From Phaeosaccion multiseriatum (taxonomy: Eukaryota > Protista > Ochrophyta, other classes): 64,000 nucleotides of DNA. The notes under the pieces are model-generated. The model searched no databases and was not told where the DNA came from. It was given only the letters and a program-made list of their open reading frames with translations. The position numbers and the translations under genes were made by a program. Shown here piece after piece: positions 25,334 through 39,197 of the stretch (positions within the stretch are counted from its first letter, which is position 1; each line of letters opens with the position of its first letter). The stretch covers positions 1,612,001 through 1,676,000 of the forward strand of contig OZ218954.1 of NCBI GenBank assembly GCA_965112735.1, given 5' to 3'.

Positions 25334-26097
25334 TCTCTCGTGTGCTCCGTTGTTTAATACACTACGCGCCACAACCTTCGACCCCCCCACTGGATGGCGC
25401 AGAGCATAGCCCTCTTGCGCTCTACTCGTTTCTCCCCTCTGCTGCTGTCCGCACTCAACGACTTCTCACTTCTCCCCCCCCCGGGGAGGGGAAACCCGCT
25501 CCCCCCCACCCCCCCACCTGCCTCTACGAGTTAAAGAAGAGGCCGCAGGACGTCCCAAGTAGATGAAATAAAAGCCCTTCTGCCCTGCTTCCTGATGCAC
25601 AAGCGCAGTGGGCATGAACAACTAGTCTTTGCTACCTGAAACAGCGAAACGTTTGATTTTGGGCCGTTTATTCGTTTGGACGTGTCAACAGGCTATACGT
25701 GTTACTAACCGAACGGAAGTGCTCGAGTCCACGCGTACAGGCCAGGGCCCAGCAGAGGGGCCAGAGGGCCCCTTAAGGCCACCACCAGCCAGCATTGAAC
25801 ACCTCACAAATGGCGACGCCGACGTTTCAAGGAAATTTGACTTTGAGTTATTCGCACTCCACTCTCCATTAAATTTCTCATCCCAGAGCTGGAGAGCAGC
25901 GATTAACCGCAGGATCAGAAGCAGAAGTACCTCGCATGAGCCGCCATAATAGGTGGAAGGTCTGTGAATGATCAGGCGGGCTTTGCAGCCTCTTTTGCTA
26001 GGCTGATGGAGGCTTAATTCACCTTTGCACGTATTAGGCGTGGACAAGGAGACGACCAAAGTTGGCCCTCTTCATCCTGCCTGCTTCTCCTTCTGCT

Positions 26098-26159
<62 letters not shown>

Positions 26160-26226
26160 TTAGCGGTCTCGTACTGCAACACGCTTGGTAGCTCTTTACA
26201 GTGTTGAGGAGGCCAGGAGAGCGAAG

Positions 26227-28607
26227 ATGGTCTTCAAGCGCAAAAGCTCGAGTGCCCAGAAGGAGGCGTATGGGATGAAGTCGGATGACATCGATGGCAA
26301 TAAAGTCCTCGACAAGTATGGCCGCAGTGCCGTTGACAGCAAGATCAGCTCCGTGGAGAAGGAAATAGTCAAGAGCGACCTGAAGGTCACAAAGAAGGTG
26401 AGGCAGATGACACTCATCCTTCCTCCGGTTGCACTGTCTTTCTTCCAATGCATTAGCAGTACTAGTACAGTGCTGATTGTCCCGCCCCGAGTGCTCCTCC
26501 CGAAGTCAAGACTAAGAGGAATGCGGCAGAGAAGGCCTGGGGATTGGATTGAAGCCCACCTTACTTTTTTGCTGCTTGTGTGTACCCTTTCCCCTACTTT
26601 ATAGACGGAATCAATCACTTCTAAAGTCGAAAAGAAGAAGAAGAATGAAATTGCTCGGCTGGACGGGCAGGGGGGGAGCAGCCTAAGGAGCGGGGATGAG
26701 GACGACGACGACGACGATGAGGCGGAGCAGCCTGTTGACATGAGAGAGGGGCTCATGAAGAAATCTCCAGAGGAGGTGAGGGCAGAACCAGGAAACAGGA
26801 GGGGGAGAGGAGAGGAGGGGGCGATGAGGGGAGGAGAGGAGAGGAGAGGAGAGGAGAGGAGAGGAGAGGAGAGGAGAGGAGAGGAGAGGAGAAGAGAGGA
26901 GGAGAGGAGAGGGGAGGAAGATGACAGGGATGGACCTGCCTCGCGCCCTTTCTTCCCTTCGACAATTGATATATGTCTCTCTTTTCGGATGGTCTCTCCC
27001 ATGGACTGGTCTTTCCTCGGATGGTCCTCTCATGCAGACCTCGCATTGTTCCGGAGCACGCACACATACACACAAGTATGCACGTGTATCAACGGCCACA
27101 CGCCCCCCCCCGCCACTCCTACTCGAGGGTTGTCCGTAAACCCAGCTGCTGCTGCTGCTGCTGCTGCTCAGCTCAACCCCGACCTTGCCCTCCCCTCCCC
27201 TCCGGTCCCTCCCCCTCGCTTCCCCCCCCCTTCCCCCCAATGCCACTGTCCATGCCCCAAATGTCGGCATCCATCAAGGTGTTCGCACTCTTCGACACTG
27301 ACTCCTCCGGCGTCATTGACTTTGACGAGTTCCGAGCAATGCTTCCACAGCTCGGCATTCGAATGAGCATGCCCAAAGCCCTCCGTTACTTCCGCATGGT
27401 AGACACCGACGGCTCCGGAGAGATTGGCCTGGACGAGTTCAAAGTAGCGCTGTTTGCTGTGGATCCCAGCAGTGGAAACCCAGTGGGGTTTGCGCCGTCT
27501 GCGCTGCTCACGCCTCTCGACGCCTTTGAGATGTTTGATGAAGACGGCTCCGGCGACATTGATGAGGATGAGTTCTTTTTCTTGCTGCAGTACCTTGGCG
27601 TGGAGGTGACGGAAGAGAAGATGGAAAAGCTCTTTTCAAAGTACGACACGGACGGATCGGGCTCCATCGGATACGAAGAGTTTAAAAAGTGCTGGGTGAG
27701 TGCAGTGGAGGGGAGCGGAGTGGGTGTATGGAGGGTGATTGGACAGTGATTGGACAGAGATTGAAGTGGGGTGGGGAGTGGAGTGGTACGAGGACAGACG
27801 GAGCCACAGCTTCGCTGCCCCCTCTGTGTCTCCAAGTGGCGGTGACTGGCTTCTCTCTTCCTCTCGGCGCTCTTCTGTCTCTCTCTCTCTCTCTCCTTGT
27901 CTACCCCCGGATTCTCCTCCCTTCATTCCCCAATGCCCTTGCTCTGCCACCCAACCCACACACCCACACACGCGCTCTGACACACACATACACGCACCCA
28001 CACCGCCAGGTTCGCCTGGCCAACGTGAAGAAAGAGCTGACAGATCGAGGCATCAAGATCCCTAAACTCGCCACCAAGATGGTGCTCGCGGGCATGCTAG
28101 AAGAGGTAAGGGACACACACGGACACACACATACATAATATATATGAAAACCGCACACACAGGCACACACAGGCACACACGTACACACACACACACACAC
28201 ACATAGACACACACACCGGCCTATGCCGATTTATCCTTATGATATGCCGCTGCACTGCCTGTGCCTATACGCCTGCAGATTCTGGACCGCGAGGAAGCCA
28301 TCGAGCGGCGGGCCATGGCAGAGGCAGAGAGGTGGGCCAAGTGGCAAGCGCTCATCGCCATCAAAAAGAAAGCTCACATGAGGTGAGGGGAGGGCAGTGA
28401 AACGAACGGAGGGAGAAAGAGGGGGGGGGGAGAGGGGGGGGGAGAGGGAGACGGGGAGAGAAAGTGGGAGACAGGGAGACAGAGACACGAGAGAGAGAGA
28501 GAGGGAGAAGGCGGAGGAGGGAGAGAGAAGGAGGCTCAGAGAAGAGGGAGAAGGAGGTACAGAGAAGAGGAGAGAGGGGCCGAGAGAGAGAGACAGAGAG
28601 AGAGAGA

Positions 28608-28649
<42 letters not shown>

Positions 28650-31600
28650 GCAATGGCAAGGACCTCGTTTCGATGGGGCTCAAGCTGTGCGCTGATGTGT
28701 GTGCGTGTATGCGTGTGCGTGTGTGCGTGTGTCCCCCCTGTCTACAGGTGCAGGCTAGTGGCGGAGAGAGAGCTGAAGAACGCGCTGGATGGGGCGGGAT
28801 CGGTCTACTTGTTTGGCTCAGGCGCCTTTGGAGAATTCGACGCAGACATCAGAATGAGTGTGAGTCTCCAGGGGGGGGGGATGGGGGAAAGGGTTCTCAG
28901 GCCCCATGTCGAAAGCGCGACCCCCTCTGAACCCTTCCTCGGGATATATCCTAAATACCCACACACGCACGCACACACACATGCACACACAAACGCACAC
29001 ACACACATGCACACACAAACGCACACACGCACACACGCACGCACACACGCACACACATATGCACACACAAACGCACACACGCACACGCACACACGCGTGC
29101 GCACACACACACATACACACACACGTGCACACACACACACATACACACACGTACACACACATACACACACATACACACACATACACACACGTACACACAC
29201 ACACACACACATACACACACACACACGTACACACACACACACACACATACACACACACAGGACATGAGGCAGGGCCGGCACCAGTACCAGCACTTTGACC
29301 GCCTTCGAAGTATGTGGACAAGAAGAGTGCATCCCCCAAAGAAGGGCGAGCCCGGGTACATTGGACACAGCCTGCTGGCAGGGGCCGGTGCTGATGGTGC
29401 AGCAGGAGGGGGCGCAGAGGGACAGGCACCGGAGGACGAACAGGGGGGCGCAGGTACGAGAGATAAAGGGAGGCAAGGATGAGGCGGACTGATCGAGGAG
29501 AGGACGAGCCCGACGTCCTAGCAGCGACAGCACAAGTAGAGGAATAAGGGTAGTCAAGTCCAGTCCTGTCGAGCCGAGCCCCCCCTGGTGCAAAACTCGA
29601 CTCCTCTTGGACGCTCTGTTCCTCTTGGACGCTCTGTTCCTCTTGGACGCTCTGTTCCTCTTGGACGCTCTGTTCCTCTTGGACTCGGAGGGAGGCCGTG
29701 GCGCCCCCCCCCTCGTCTCTTTGGCCTTTATCGCGCTGTCTGTCGCTCTTCTCCTTCTCCCCGACCTGTCGAAACTGTCGAAACTGTCCAAACTGTCGCA
29801 ACTGTCGTGCGCAGGGCCGCTAGAAGAGAGTACTTTGACCACGAACTGACTGTGCGAGTGTGTGCGTGTGCATGTGTGCGTGTGCATGTGTATGTGTGTC
29901 TGTGTATGTGTATTTGTGTGTGTGTGCGTGTGGTATGTATATATGTTGTGTGTGTGTTTATACGTGCTACCATCTGCTTGCACGGACCGACCTTCTGTGG
30001 TGGGGGGTATCTCACAGACGAGGAAGACGACGACGAAGGCGATAGTAAGTCTGTGTCAGAGGCAAACGCAGTGGCTGTGAGTCTCGACCCCGAGTTGGAC
30101 TCTGAGGACAGTCCTTTCAAAGACCTCAGAGTGGCCAGAACCACCGTCGGGCTCTGGGGACGCAGGATTAGTCAGGTGGGTGAGGGAGGGAGGGAGGGAG
30201 GGAGGGAGGGAGGGAGGGAGGGAGGGAGGGAGGGAGGGAGGGAGGGAGGGAGGGAGGGAGGGAGGGAGGGAGGGAGGGGGGAGGGAGGGGGGAGGGAGGG
30301 GGGGAGGGAGGGGGGGAGGGAGGGAGGGAGGGGGGAGGGAGGGGGGGAGGGAGGGAGGGAGGGAAAAGGGAGCAGCCAGTGTCTACGCTACTGCCACTAA
30401 GCTATGCTGCTGCAATGCTGCTGCGGATGACCAACAGGTGTGTCTCAGTGCCGGAGTGGCCTTTGCACTATCTGAGCTTGGAGAGGTAATGACGTGGGGA
30501 GGCAAGAGCCATTGGTGGCATCAAATGCCGCAGGAGTCCTTCTGGCAGGTGAGGTGGTACACAGAGAGGGAGGGAGAGAGAGGGAGAGGGAGAGGGAGAG
30601 GGAGAGAGCGAGAAAGAGGTATACAGGCAGAAGCAGAGAGAAAGATCAGAGGGAGAGAGAGTGTCCATCCATGTGCGGATCTATTCATCCCTCTTTCCCT
30701 GTATCTTTTCCTAATCTACCTACCTACCCGGTCGCCAGACGCACTGGCGCGGAGAGACGACGGAGCGAAGTCGACTGCTGCTGCAGACCGTCACAAAGAA
30801 TGAGCCGGACGAAGAGGATGTGGACTTTGAGGATGAGGAGCAGCTTGAGGAGAAGGAGGTGGAGAAACTCAGGTAAGGAAAGGAGGGAAGGAGGGAGGGA
30901 AGGAGGGATGGAGGGAGGGAGGGAGGGAGGGAGAGAGGGAGGGAGGGAGGGAGGGAGGGAGGGAGGGAAGGAGGGAGGGAGGGAGGGAGGGAGGGAGGGA
31001 GGGAAGGAGGGAGGGAGGGAGGGAGGGAGGGAGGGAAGGAAGGAGGGAGGGAGGGAGGGAGGGAGGGAGGGAGGGAGGGAGGGAGGGAGGGAGGGAGGGA
31101 GGGAGGGAGGGAGGGAGGGAGGGAGGGAGGGAGGGAGGGAGGGAGGGAGGGAGGGAGGGAGGGAGGGAGGGAGGGAGGGAGGGAGGGAGGGAGGGAGGGA
31201 GGGAGGGAGGGAGGGAGGGAGGGAGGGAGGGAGGGAGGGAGGGAGGGAGGGGAGGGGAGGGAGGGAGGGGAGGGAGGGAGGGAGGGAGGGAGGGAGGGAG
31301 GGAGGGAGGGAGGGAGGGAGGGAGGAAGGGAGGGAGGGGAGGAGGGAGGAAGGGAGGGAGGGGAGGAGGGAGGAAGGGAGGGAGGGGAGGAGGGAGGGAG
31401 TGGGGACAGAAACCCACACGCGCGATACATGTACGGCATGAACCCAGGCACACCCCCACGCACGCACGCACGCACGCCCCCCCACACGCACACACAGGAC
31501 CCTCACGGAGTACTACGGTGTGTGGCGACCTCCTCCCACCTCTTTGCGGCTCAAGTTCATCGAGTCGGAGCTGTTACCTAAGATTAAGTACGATCAAGTA

Positions 31601-32631
31601 CGCTTCAGTCTCGAGTGTCGGGGAAAGTACCCGGAAGACAAGAACTTGAGGGAGTTATTGGACTTGCTGTTTGAGGACATTGGGTTGGAGAAGAGGGTGC
31701 TGGGGGCAAGGGTGCACCGTCACATTCAGCAGTTGGAGCAGGAGGTGCTGCACTTTTTGAAGAAAAACAAGACCACCATGGCCAAGGTGAGGAGAGGGAG
31801 GAAGGGAGGGGAGAGAGGGGAGGGAGGAGAGGGAAAGAGGGTGGGCGTGCGTACTTTTCCGCGGAGGGAGGAAGGAGGAGAAAGAGAGAGGGAAGGCCCG
31901 GCCCAGGGTTACTAAATGATCATATCTCTATGTCTCCGCAGACCTGACCTTCCCTTCTCTCTCTCTCTCGTCGCCTCTCTTTCTTCCTCTCGCGCCCCTC
32001 TCTCCCATCCCTCTTCTCCTCTCCCGTCCTCCTCCCTTTCCTGTATGCCTCCATCAGACGCTGCGTCTGGAGGTGGAGGAAATGTGGCGGCCTCTGCGAG
32101 AGATTCAAGCCGAGGATGAGGCAAGGAAGGCGGCCAAAGACGCGGCAGCAAAGCAACAAAAGTACTTTGAAGCTGAGCAGCAATACGCTAAGTGGAGGTG
32201 AGAGTGAGAACCGAACGAGAGAAGAGAGGAAAGAGGAGCCTTAGCCACGTAACCGTCACGTAACCTTCACGCAACCCTCATATGATATTGGCTCCCAGAC
32301 TCTCAGGAAGCAGAGGCCTCATCGTCTTTCCCATACACCTCTTTCGTAGTACACCCACGAATAGCACAAAATAAACCCTTGCGTAGTCCACCTTCTCGTT
32401 CTCTTTCACCTCTTCTCACCTCTCCTCCTCCCTTCCGGATGACCTCAATCTTGCCCTTCGTTGGTCTGTCCCGTCTCTCTCGTCACTATGGTCTGTATGC
32501 TTCTACACCCTCTTTCCCTCTTGTCTGTACGCCTCTTAATGCTGTGTCTCTCCATAGAAATCGTATCCGCGAGGCGAGGTCCGAGGTGGTGCCCGGCCCT
32601 CCTGTGCCAAGGAAACGGTACGTAACATTAC

Positions 32632-32662
<31 letters not shown>

Positions 32663-35600
32663 GGGGTGGGTGTATGTGTGCATGTTTGCGAGTGTGTGCG
32701 CGTTTGTGTTTGTATCTCTGAAGGCCCCTTACCCCCCCTCCTCTCCCCCTCCTCGCTCTCTGTGCAGGGGCGAGCGAGCCATCCCGGTTTCCGGCATGAC
32801 ATCCCGCGGCCCCAAGAGCTACACTCCTCGTGGTTCACAGGTGGCGACGACCTTGGCCGCAGGAAGCAGTCACGCCATGCTCGTACACTCGTCTGGAGCG
32901 CTCTACACATGGTGAGAAGTAGTCGGAGAGTTAGGGCAGTGCAGTTTCGGATCATGGATGTGCAGTTTCGGATCATGGATGTGCAGATTCGGGATGGTGC
33001 ATGTCGCTTCCCTTTTCTACGTGATGACGTCACCTCCTAACCCTCCTCCTCCTCCTCCTCTTCCTCCTCCTCTCCCCTTACAGGGGCACGGGGGTAAGCG
33101 GGCGCCTCGGCCTGGACCTGAATGGGGGTCTCCAGGCAGACAACCCCCAAGCAGACACAGAGAAGTGAGTGCGATGGAGGCATACGGAAGCGAGGTCTTT
33201 GCGTTGAGCGGTGCTCCTAATGCAGCATCACCACCTCATCATTCCACTCTATCGCCCCCCCCACTAACTTCCTGACTCATTCACCCACTCACTCACTCAC
33301 TCACTCACTCACTCACTCACTCACTCACTCACTCACTCACTCACTCACTCACTCACTCACTCACTCACGCACTCACTCACTCACTCACTCACTCACTCAC
33401 TCACTCACCCACTCACTCACTCACTCACCCACCCACCCACTCACTCACTCACTCACTCACTCACTCACTCACTCACTCACTCACTCACTCACTCACTCAC
33501 TCACTCACTCACTCACTCACTCACTCACTCACTCACTCACTCAATCAATCACTCACTCACTCACTCACTCACTCACTCACTCACTCACTCACTCACTCAC
33601 TCACTCACTCACTCACTCACTCACTCACTCACCCACTCACTCACTCACTCACCCACCCACTCACTCACTCACTCACTCACCCACTCACTCACTCACTCAC
33701 TCACTCACTCACTCACTCAATCAATCACTCACTCACTACTCACTCACTCACTCACTCAATCACCCACTCACTCACTCACTCACTCACTCACTCACTATTC
33801 ACTCACTCACTCACTCACTCACTCACTCACTCACCCACTCACTCACTCACTCACTCACTCACTCACTCACTCACTCACTCACTCACTCACTCACTCACTC
33901 ACTCACTCACTCAATCAATCACTCACTCACTACTCACTCACTCACTCACTCACTCACTCACTCACTCACTCACTCACGCACTCACTCACTCACCCACTCA
34001 CTCACTCACTCACCCACCCACTCACTCACTCACTCACTCACTCACTCACTCACTCACTCACTCACTCACTCACTCACTCACTCACTCACTCACTCAATCA
34101 ATCACTCACTCACTACTCACTCACTCACTCACTCAATCACCCACTCACTCACTCACTCACTCACTCACTCACTATTCACTCACTCACTCACTCACTCACT
34201 CACTCACTCACTCACTCACTCACTCACTCACCCACTCACTCACTCACTCACTCACCACCCCCCTGATAACCCCGGTGTACCACCACCCTCTCTCTCATCT
34301 ACCCCTCCTCCCTCATCCCCCCCCCCTCTCTCTCCACAGCGCCACCCTGGTGAGTGCTCTGTCGGGCCGACCTGTGCAAAAGGTGTCTGCGGGCTACAAC
34401 CACTCCGCCGCATTAACCATCGGTGGGCATCTGTACATGTGGGGGAGCTGCGGGACGGGCAAGCTGGGGGTTGGCGAGTGTGACCCAGACACGTACAGTA
34501 GGTCAGTCAGTCCTTCCATCCGTCCATCAGTCAATGAGTCGGTCTATCAGTCAGTCTATCAGTCGTCCGTTCTTTGCGGTGTTGGGGGGGTTGTGGGACT
34601 CATCACTCCTGACCCTCACTCTGACCCTGACCCTGGCCCTGACCCTGACCCTGGCCCTGACCCTGACCCTGGCCCTGACCCTGTCCCTGACCCTGACCCT
34701 GACCCTGATCCTGATCCTTCTCCTGACCCCGACCCTGCCCCTGACCCTGACGCTGACCCCGACCTGACCCCGACCTGATCCTAGTCCTTACCCTGACCCT
34801 GATCCTAGTCCTTACCCTGACCCTGATCCTAGTCCTTACCCTGACGCCTCGATCCTGCCCCTGTCCCCGCCTCCGCAGCATTCCTTTGCGTGTTCGAATC
34901 CGTGGACCTTCAGCGCGGTTACGCGTCGCCTCTGTGAGCTGCGGTGCCGGCCACTCAGCCTGTGTATCAATGGACGGAATGCTCTTCGTGTGGGGATGTG
35001 GTGATGGTACGTACCGCGTGGGGAAGACATCGTCGCCTCCCTCCCTCCCCCCTTCCCCCTCTCCCTCCCTCTCCCTCCCTCTCCCTTTCCGTCTCTCCGC
35101 CTCCCTCCATCCCTCACCTCACCTCTCGTCCCCCTTCCCTTTCGCCTCGCCCCCCTTTCCTCTCTCCTCGTCCTCCTTCCTTTTTCTCCTCGTGTCTTCT
35201 CTCTCCCTCCCTCTCTCTTTCTCTCTCTCTCCCACTTTCTTCCTCCCTCCCTCCCTCCCTCCCCTTCTCTCTCTCTGTGCGTGTATGTATCTATCGTATC
35301 TTCCTTCTCGGTCTCCTCCCCTCCCCTCCCCTCCCCTCTCCTCTCCCTGTCTTGCCAGGCGGAAGGCTCGGTCTCGGTGCGCGTCGAATGAAGCCCGCCT
35401 GGGAACCGCAGCTCGTCGAAGCCTTTAAGGGCAAGAGAGTGCAGGAGGTCAGTACAATCACTACCACCACCACCACCACCACCACCACCACCACCACCAC
35501 CACCATCACCACCATCATCATCACCATCGCCATCATCATCACGACCACCACCATCACTATCACCTTCACCACCACTACCACCACCACCACCACCGCCACG

Positions 35601-38600
35601 AAGCCTATCATCCACTGCCGCCCCCTACAGTTTTCAGTTTTCAATTCCCAAAGCTTCTGTGCCAACTACTACCCTACCATCTCTACCATCTACTGCCATC
35701 CCTCACCCCACTTCTACCACCACCAACCCGCCACCATACCACCAACAGGTGAGCTGCGGAACTGCGCACACTCTCGTGGCGCTCGCTATGGTGGAGCAGT
35801 GGATTGGAGAGGGGGCTGAGAAGACCCTCACCCCCGTCGGCGGAGAACTATTCCAGGCTGGATCAGCAGCCGTGCTAGGTCGTTTCTGTCCTGCTTTTGA
35901 GCACGTGCAGGAATTGGAGGACCAACCGGTGCGGCAGGTGTCGGCAGGGTATGGACATTCGGCGGTGTTGAGTGCCGAGGGTGAAGTGTACACATGGGGC
36001 GATAACAAGTTCGGGTGCTTGGCCCAGCCCCAAGAAATGCGCTTTGTGCACGCGCCCACACTTGTCCGGTGTCTGTACACAAGGTGAGGGGAGGGCGGGG
36101 GCGAGGGAGGGAGGGACGGGGCGAGGGAGGGAAGGAAGGAGGGAGGGAGGGAGGGAGGGAGGGAGGGAGGGAGGGAGGGAGGGAGGGAGGGAAGGAGGGA
36201 AGGAGGGAAGGAGGGAAGGAGGGAAGGAGGGAGGGAGGGAGGGAGGGAGGGAGGGAGGGAGGGAGGGAGGGAGGGAGGGAGGGAGGGAGGGAGGGAGGGA
36301 GGGAGCGAGTGAGTGGGTAAGTGAGCGAGCGAGTGAGTGAGGGGGGGAGTGAGGTCTCTCTTCTGTCTCTCTGTCTCTGTGTGTGTGCGGGTGCTCATTA
36401 CTCCTTCGACCCTCTGCGTCTACCCCGTTTAAACGTCTCGTCCTCCCGGCGAATCTCTCTCTGCCCCTCTCTCCCTTTCTCACTCTACACACAACTCTAC
36501 GACCAACACGACACCCACAGACCCATCAACTTGGCTCTGCACAAACCCTGCCGGCAGAGCAGCGTGTACAATGGCCTGACTGCCGAAATTGCCGTGGATG
36601 GGGACTGTCGAGGCAGCCACCTCAAGCGCTGCCAGTGTACTCAACAAGACCCCCAAGCGTGGTGGGAGGTGAGCGGTGTATATCAGCGGGCACTGAGAGT
36701 GAAACGGAACCACGGAAACGGAACATCGACAAGCGGAGCACAGCTTCTTAGCATGCCTTCTCTTCCGACTTGATGTTCTATACTTTCTCTTGTATCTCAC
36801 TCAAACGTTCGCACGTCCTCACTCACTCGAACGCTCGCATGCACGCATATTCTTTCCGATTAACCTATGTTATATTCCGACCTACACCACTCCAGGTGGA
36901 CTTGGGGGGCGTCACCCAAATCTCCAAGATTTGCGTGTGGAACCGCACGGACGAGCCCACTGACCTGACGCTGGACAGGTCCTTCTACAGCTCCAGGCTC
37001 ATCCCGTTCTGGATTATGCTCAGGTCCATCAGGCCGACAGGCTGACAGGCTGACAGGCAGAACTTTATCTGTGTGTCCTCTGGTGTTTGTGTGTGTAGTG
37101 TATGTGTGTGTGGTGTTTGTTTGTGTGTGTGTGTGCCCGTGTTGTGGTCTAATGGCCTTGCCTCCCCTCCCCTCCCCTCCCCTCCTCTCCCCTCCTCTCC
37201 CCTCCCCTCCCCTCTCGTCCCCTCCCCTCTCCTCCCCTCCCCTCCCCTCTCCTCCCCTCGCCTCCCCTCCCCTCCCCTCCCCCCCCCTCCCTCCCCTCCC
37301 CTCCCCTTCCCTCCCCTTCCCTCCCCTCGCCTCCTCCCCCCTCCCCTCCCCTCCCCTCCCCTCGCCTCTCCTCTCCTCTCCTCCCCTCCCCTCCCCTCCC
37401 CTCCCATCTGCTGCCATCCCCAGTGACAAGCCCTTCAGCGATGAGATCGGCGGAGAGTCTCTGCGTATCGCTCTGGAGGCAAGTGCCGCAAGGATGAAGT
37501 TCACCGTAGAGAAGCGCTGCTCCTCGTGGCTGCCTCCTGAGGGGACGCTGGCCAGATACGTGCGGGTGCAAATAGAAGGTGAGGATAGATGACAGCGCAT
37601 GGAGCATAAGTAGCAATAGCATCAGCAGGAGAAGGAGAAGGAGGAGAAGGGGGAGCAACCATATTAGACCTATCAGTGTTTTATGTCACCCACCCCCCTT
37701 CTCCTTCCATTTGTCACCTCTCCTCTCCTGGGTCATCATCATCATCCTCCTCCTCCTCCTCCTCCTCCTCCTCCTCCTCCTCCTCCTCCTCCTCCTCCTC
37801 CTCCTCCTCCTCCTCCTCCTCCTCCTCCTCCTCCTCCTCCTCCTCCTCCCCCTCCTCCTTCTCCTCCTCCTCCTCCTCCTCCTCCTCCTCCTCCTCCTCA
37901 TCCTCGTCCTCGTCCTGGTCCTCGTCCTCCTCCTCCTCCTCCACCACCACCACCACCTCCCCCTCCTCCTCCTCCTCCTCCTCCTCCTCCTCCTCCTTCT
38001 CGTTGTTGTACGTCCATCATCATCGTCATCATCATCACCATCCTCACTATTCTTCTCCGGCGGCAGGTTTCCAATACCTCCATATCGCCCAAGTAGAGGT
38101 ATACGGCACCTTTGGCTCTCGCCGCAGCCCGGGCCGAGTAAGTGCCATCACAGCTGGCAAGTACGCCACTGCTGCTGTTGTGTCCGGTGCGAGGGACCCC
38201 GGGGACCTGGAGCTTGCCTACAAGCGAGCCATCATGGCGGACCCTTTCAACGCCGAGATACTTCGACAGGTGGGTGGGTGGGCGTGTGGGTGGGTGGGTC
38301 GGTGGGTGTGTGTATGTGTATATGTATATAATATAATATGTGTGTGTGTGTGTGTGTGTGTGTGAGTGTGCTGCTGTGCAGCTGTACTGTCCGCTCTATC
38401 ACTCGCTCTACCCTCTACCCCCCCCCCCCCCCTGCGCTTCCCCCTCTCTGAATGAGTTGGTGCTCTGCTCCCGTCCCCTTCATCCCCTTGTGGCCAGTTG
38501 GAGTCGTTCATTCCCGCCTACGACAAGCACGGCAACGGCGAGCACATCATCAACTGCATGATATGTCACGGCAGCGCCTTGTGTGAGCTCTGCGACCTCA

Positions 38601-38885
38601 AGCATGAGTACAGGGATGAACTCAAATCTCTACCTCTCGGCCCAGGCGGGCGCTTAAGACGGCTCGACAGCATGGCAGATGTGCGTATGAGGAGGGAAGA
38701 TGGGTAGAGGGACGAGGGAGGGAGGGAAAGGGGACAGGGCTTATCCATTTAGAGTCATATGGAGCGTCACATGATCGCGCTCGCTGTGCGGCAGCTCCTG
38801 CTACGCCCCGATTGACGTCGGAATCTCTGCTCCATCACACCCACGCGTCCACACACACATACGCGCCCATACTCACTCCCCCCCC

Positions 38886-38980
<95 letters not shown>

Positions 38981-39131
38981 CCACACACACAGTTTCTGTA
39001 CGAGGCAGCCAAGCCTGAGCTTCATATCCGAGAGCGGAAGGGCGGTAAGAAGAAAAAGAAGAGAGCGGGAGTGAAGGAACTGACGCAAGGCCTGGCCAAT
39101 ACATTCAAGAAGGTCAAGGCCCTTGCAGGTA

Positions 39132-39197
<66 letters not shown>

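Noticed and set aside
25342-26200. Short ORFs upstream of the EF-hand/RCC1 gene
   Set aside because: No motifs or coherent exon chain. More likely promoter plus a 5' UTR intron ending at the acceptor near 26201.
29604-29683. 18-bp repeats as a possible CRISPR-like array or coding LGRSVP repeat
   Set aside because: Head-to-tail copies without spacers, lying inside an intron whose removal preserves the frame.
28805-31506. Long ORFs such as [20 protein letters not shown] and GGREGGRE in the ORF track
   Set aside because: They are translations of stop-free intronic microsatellites, not genes. The same applies to the LTHS ORF at 47682-48620 and the MYVC ORFs at 13612-13947.
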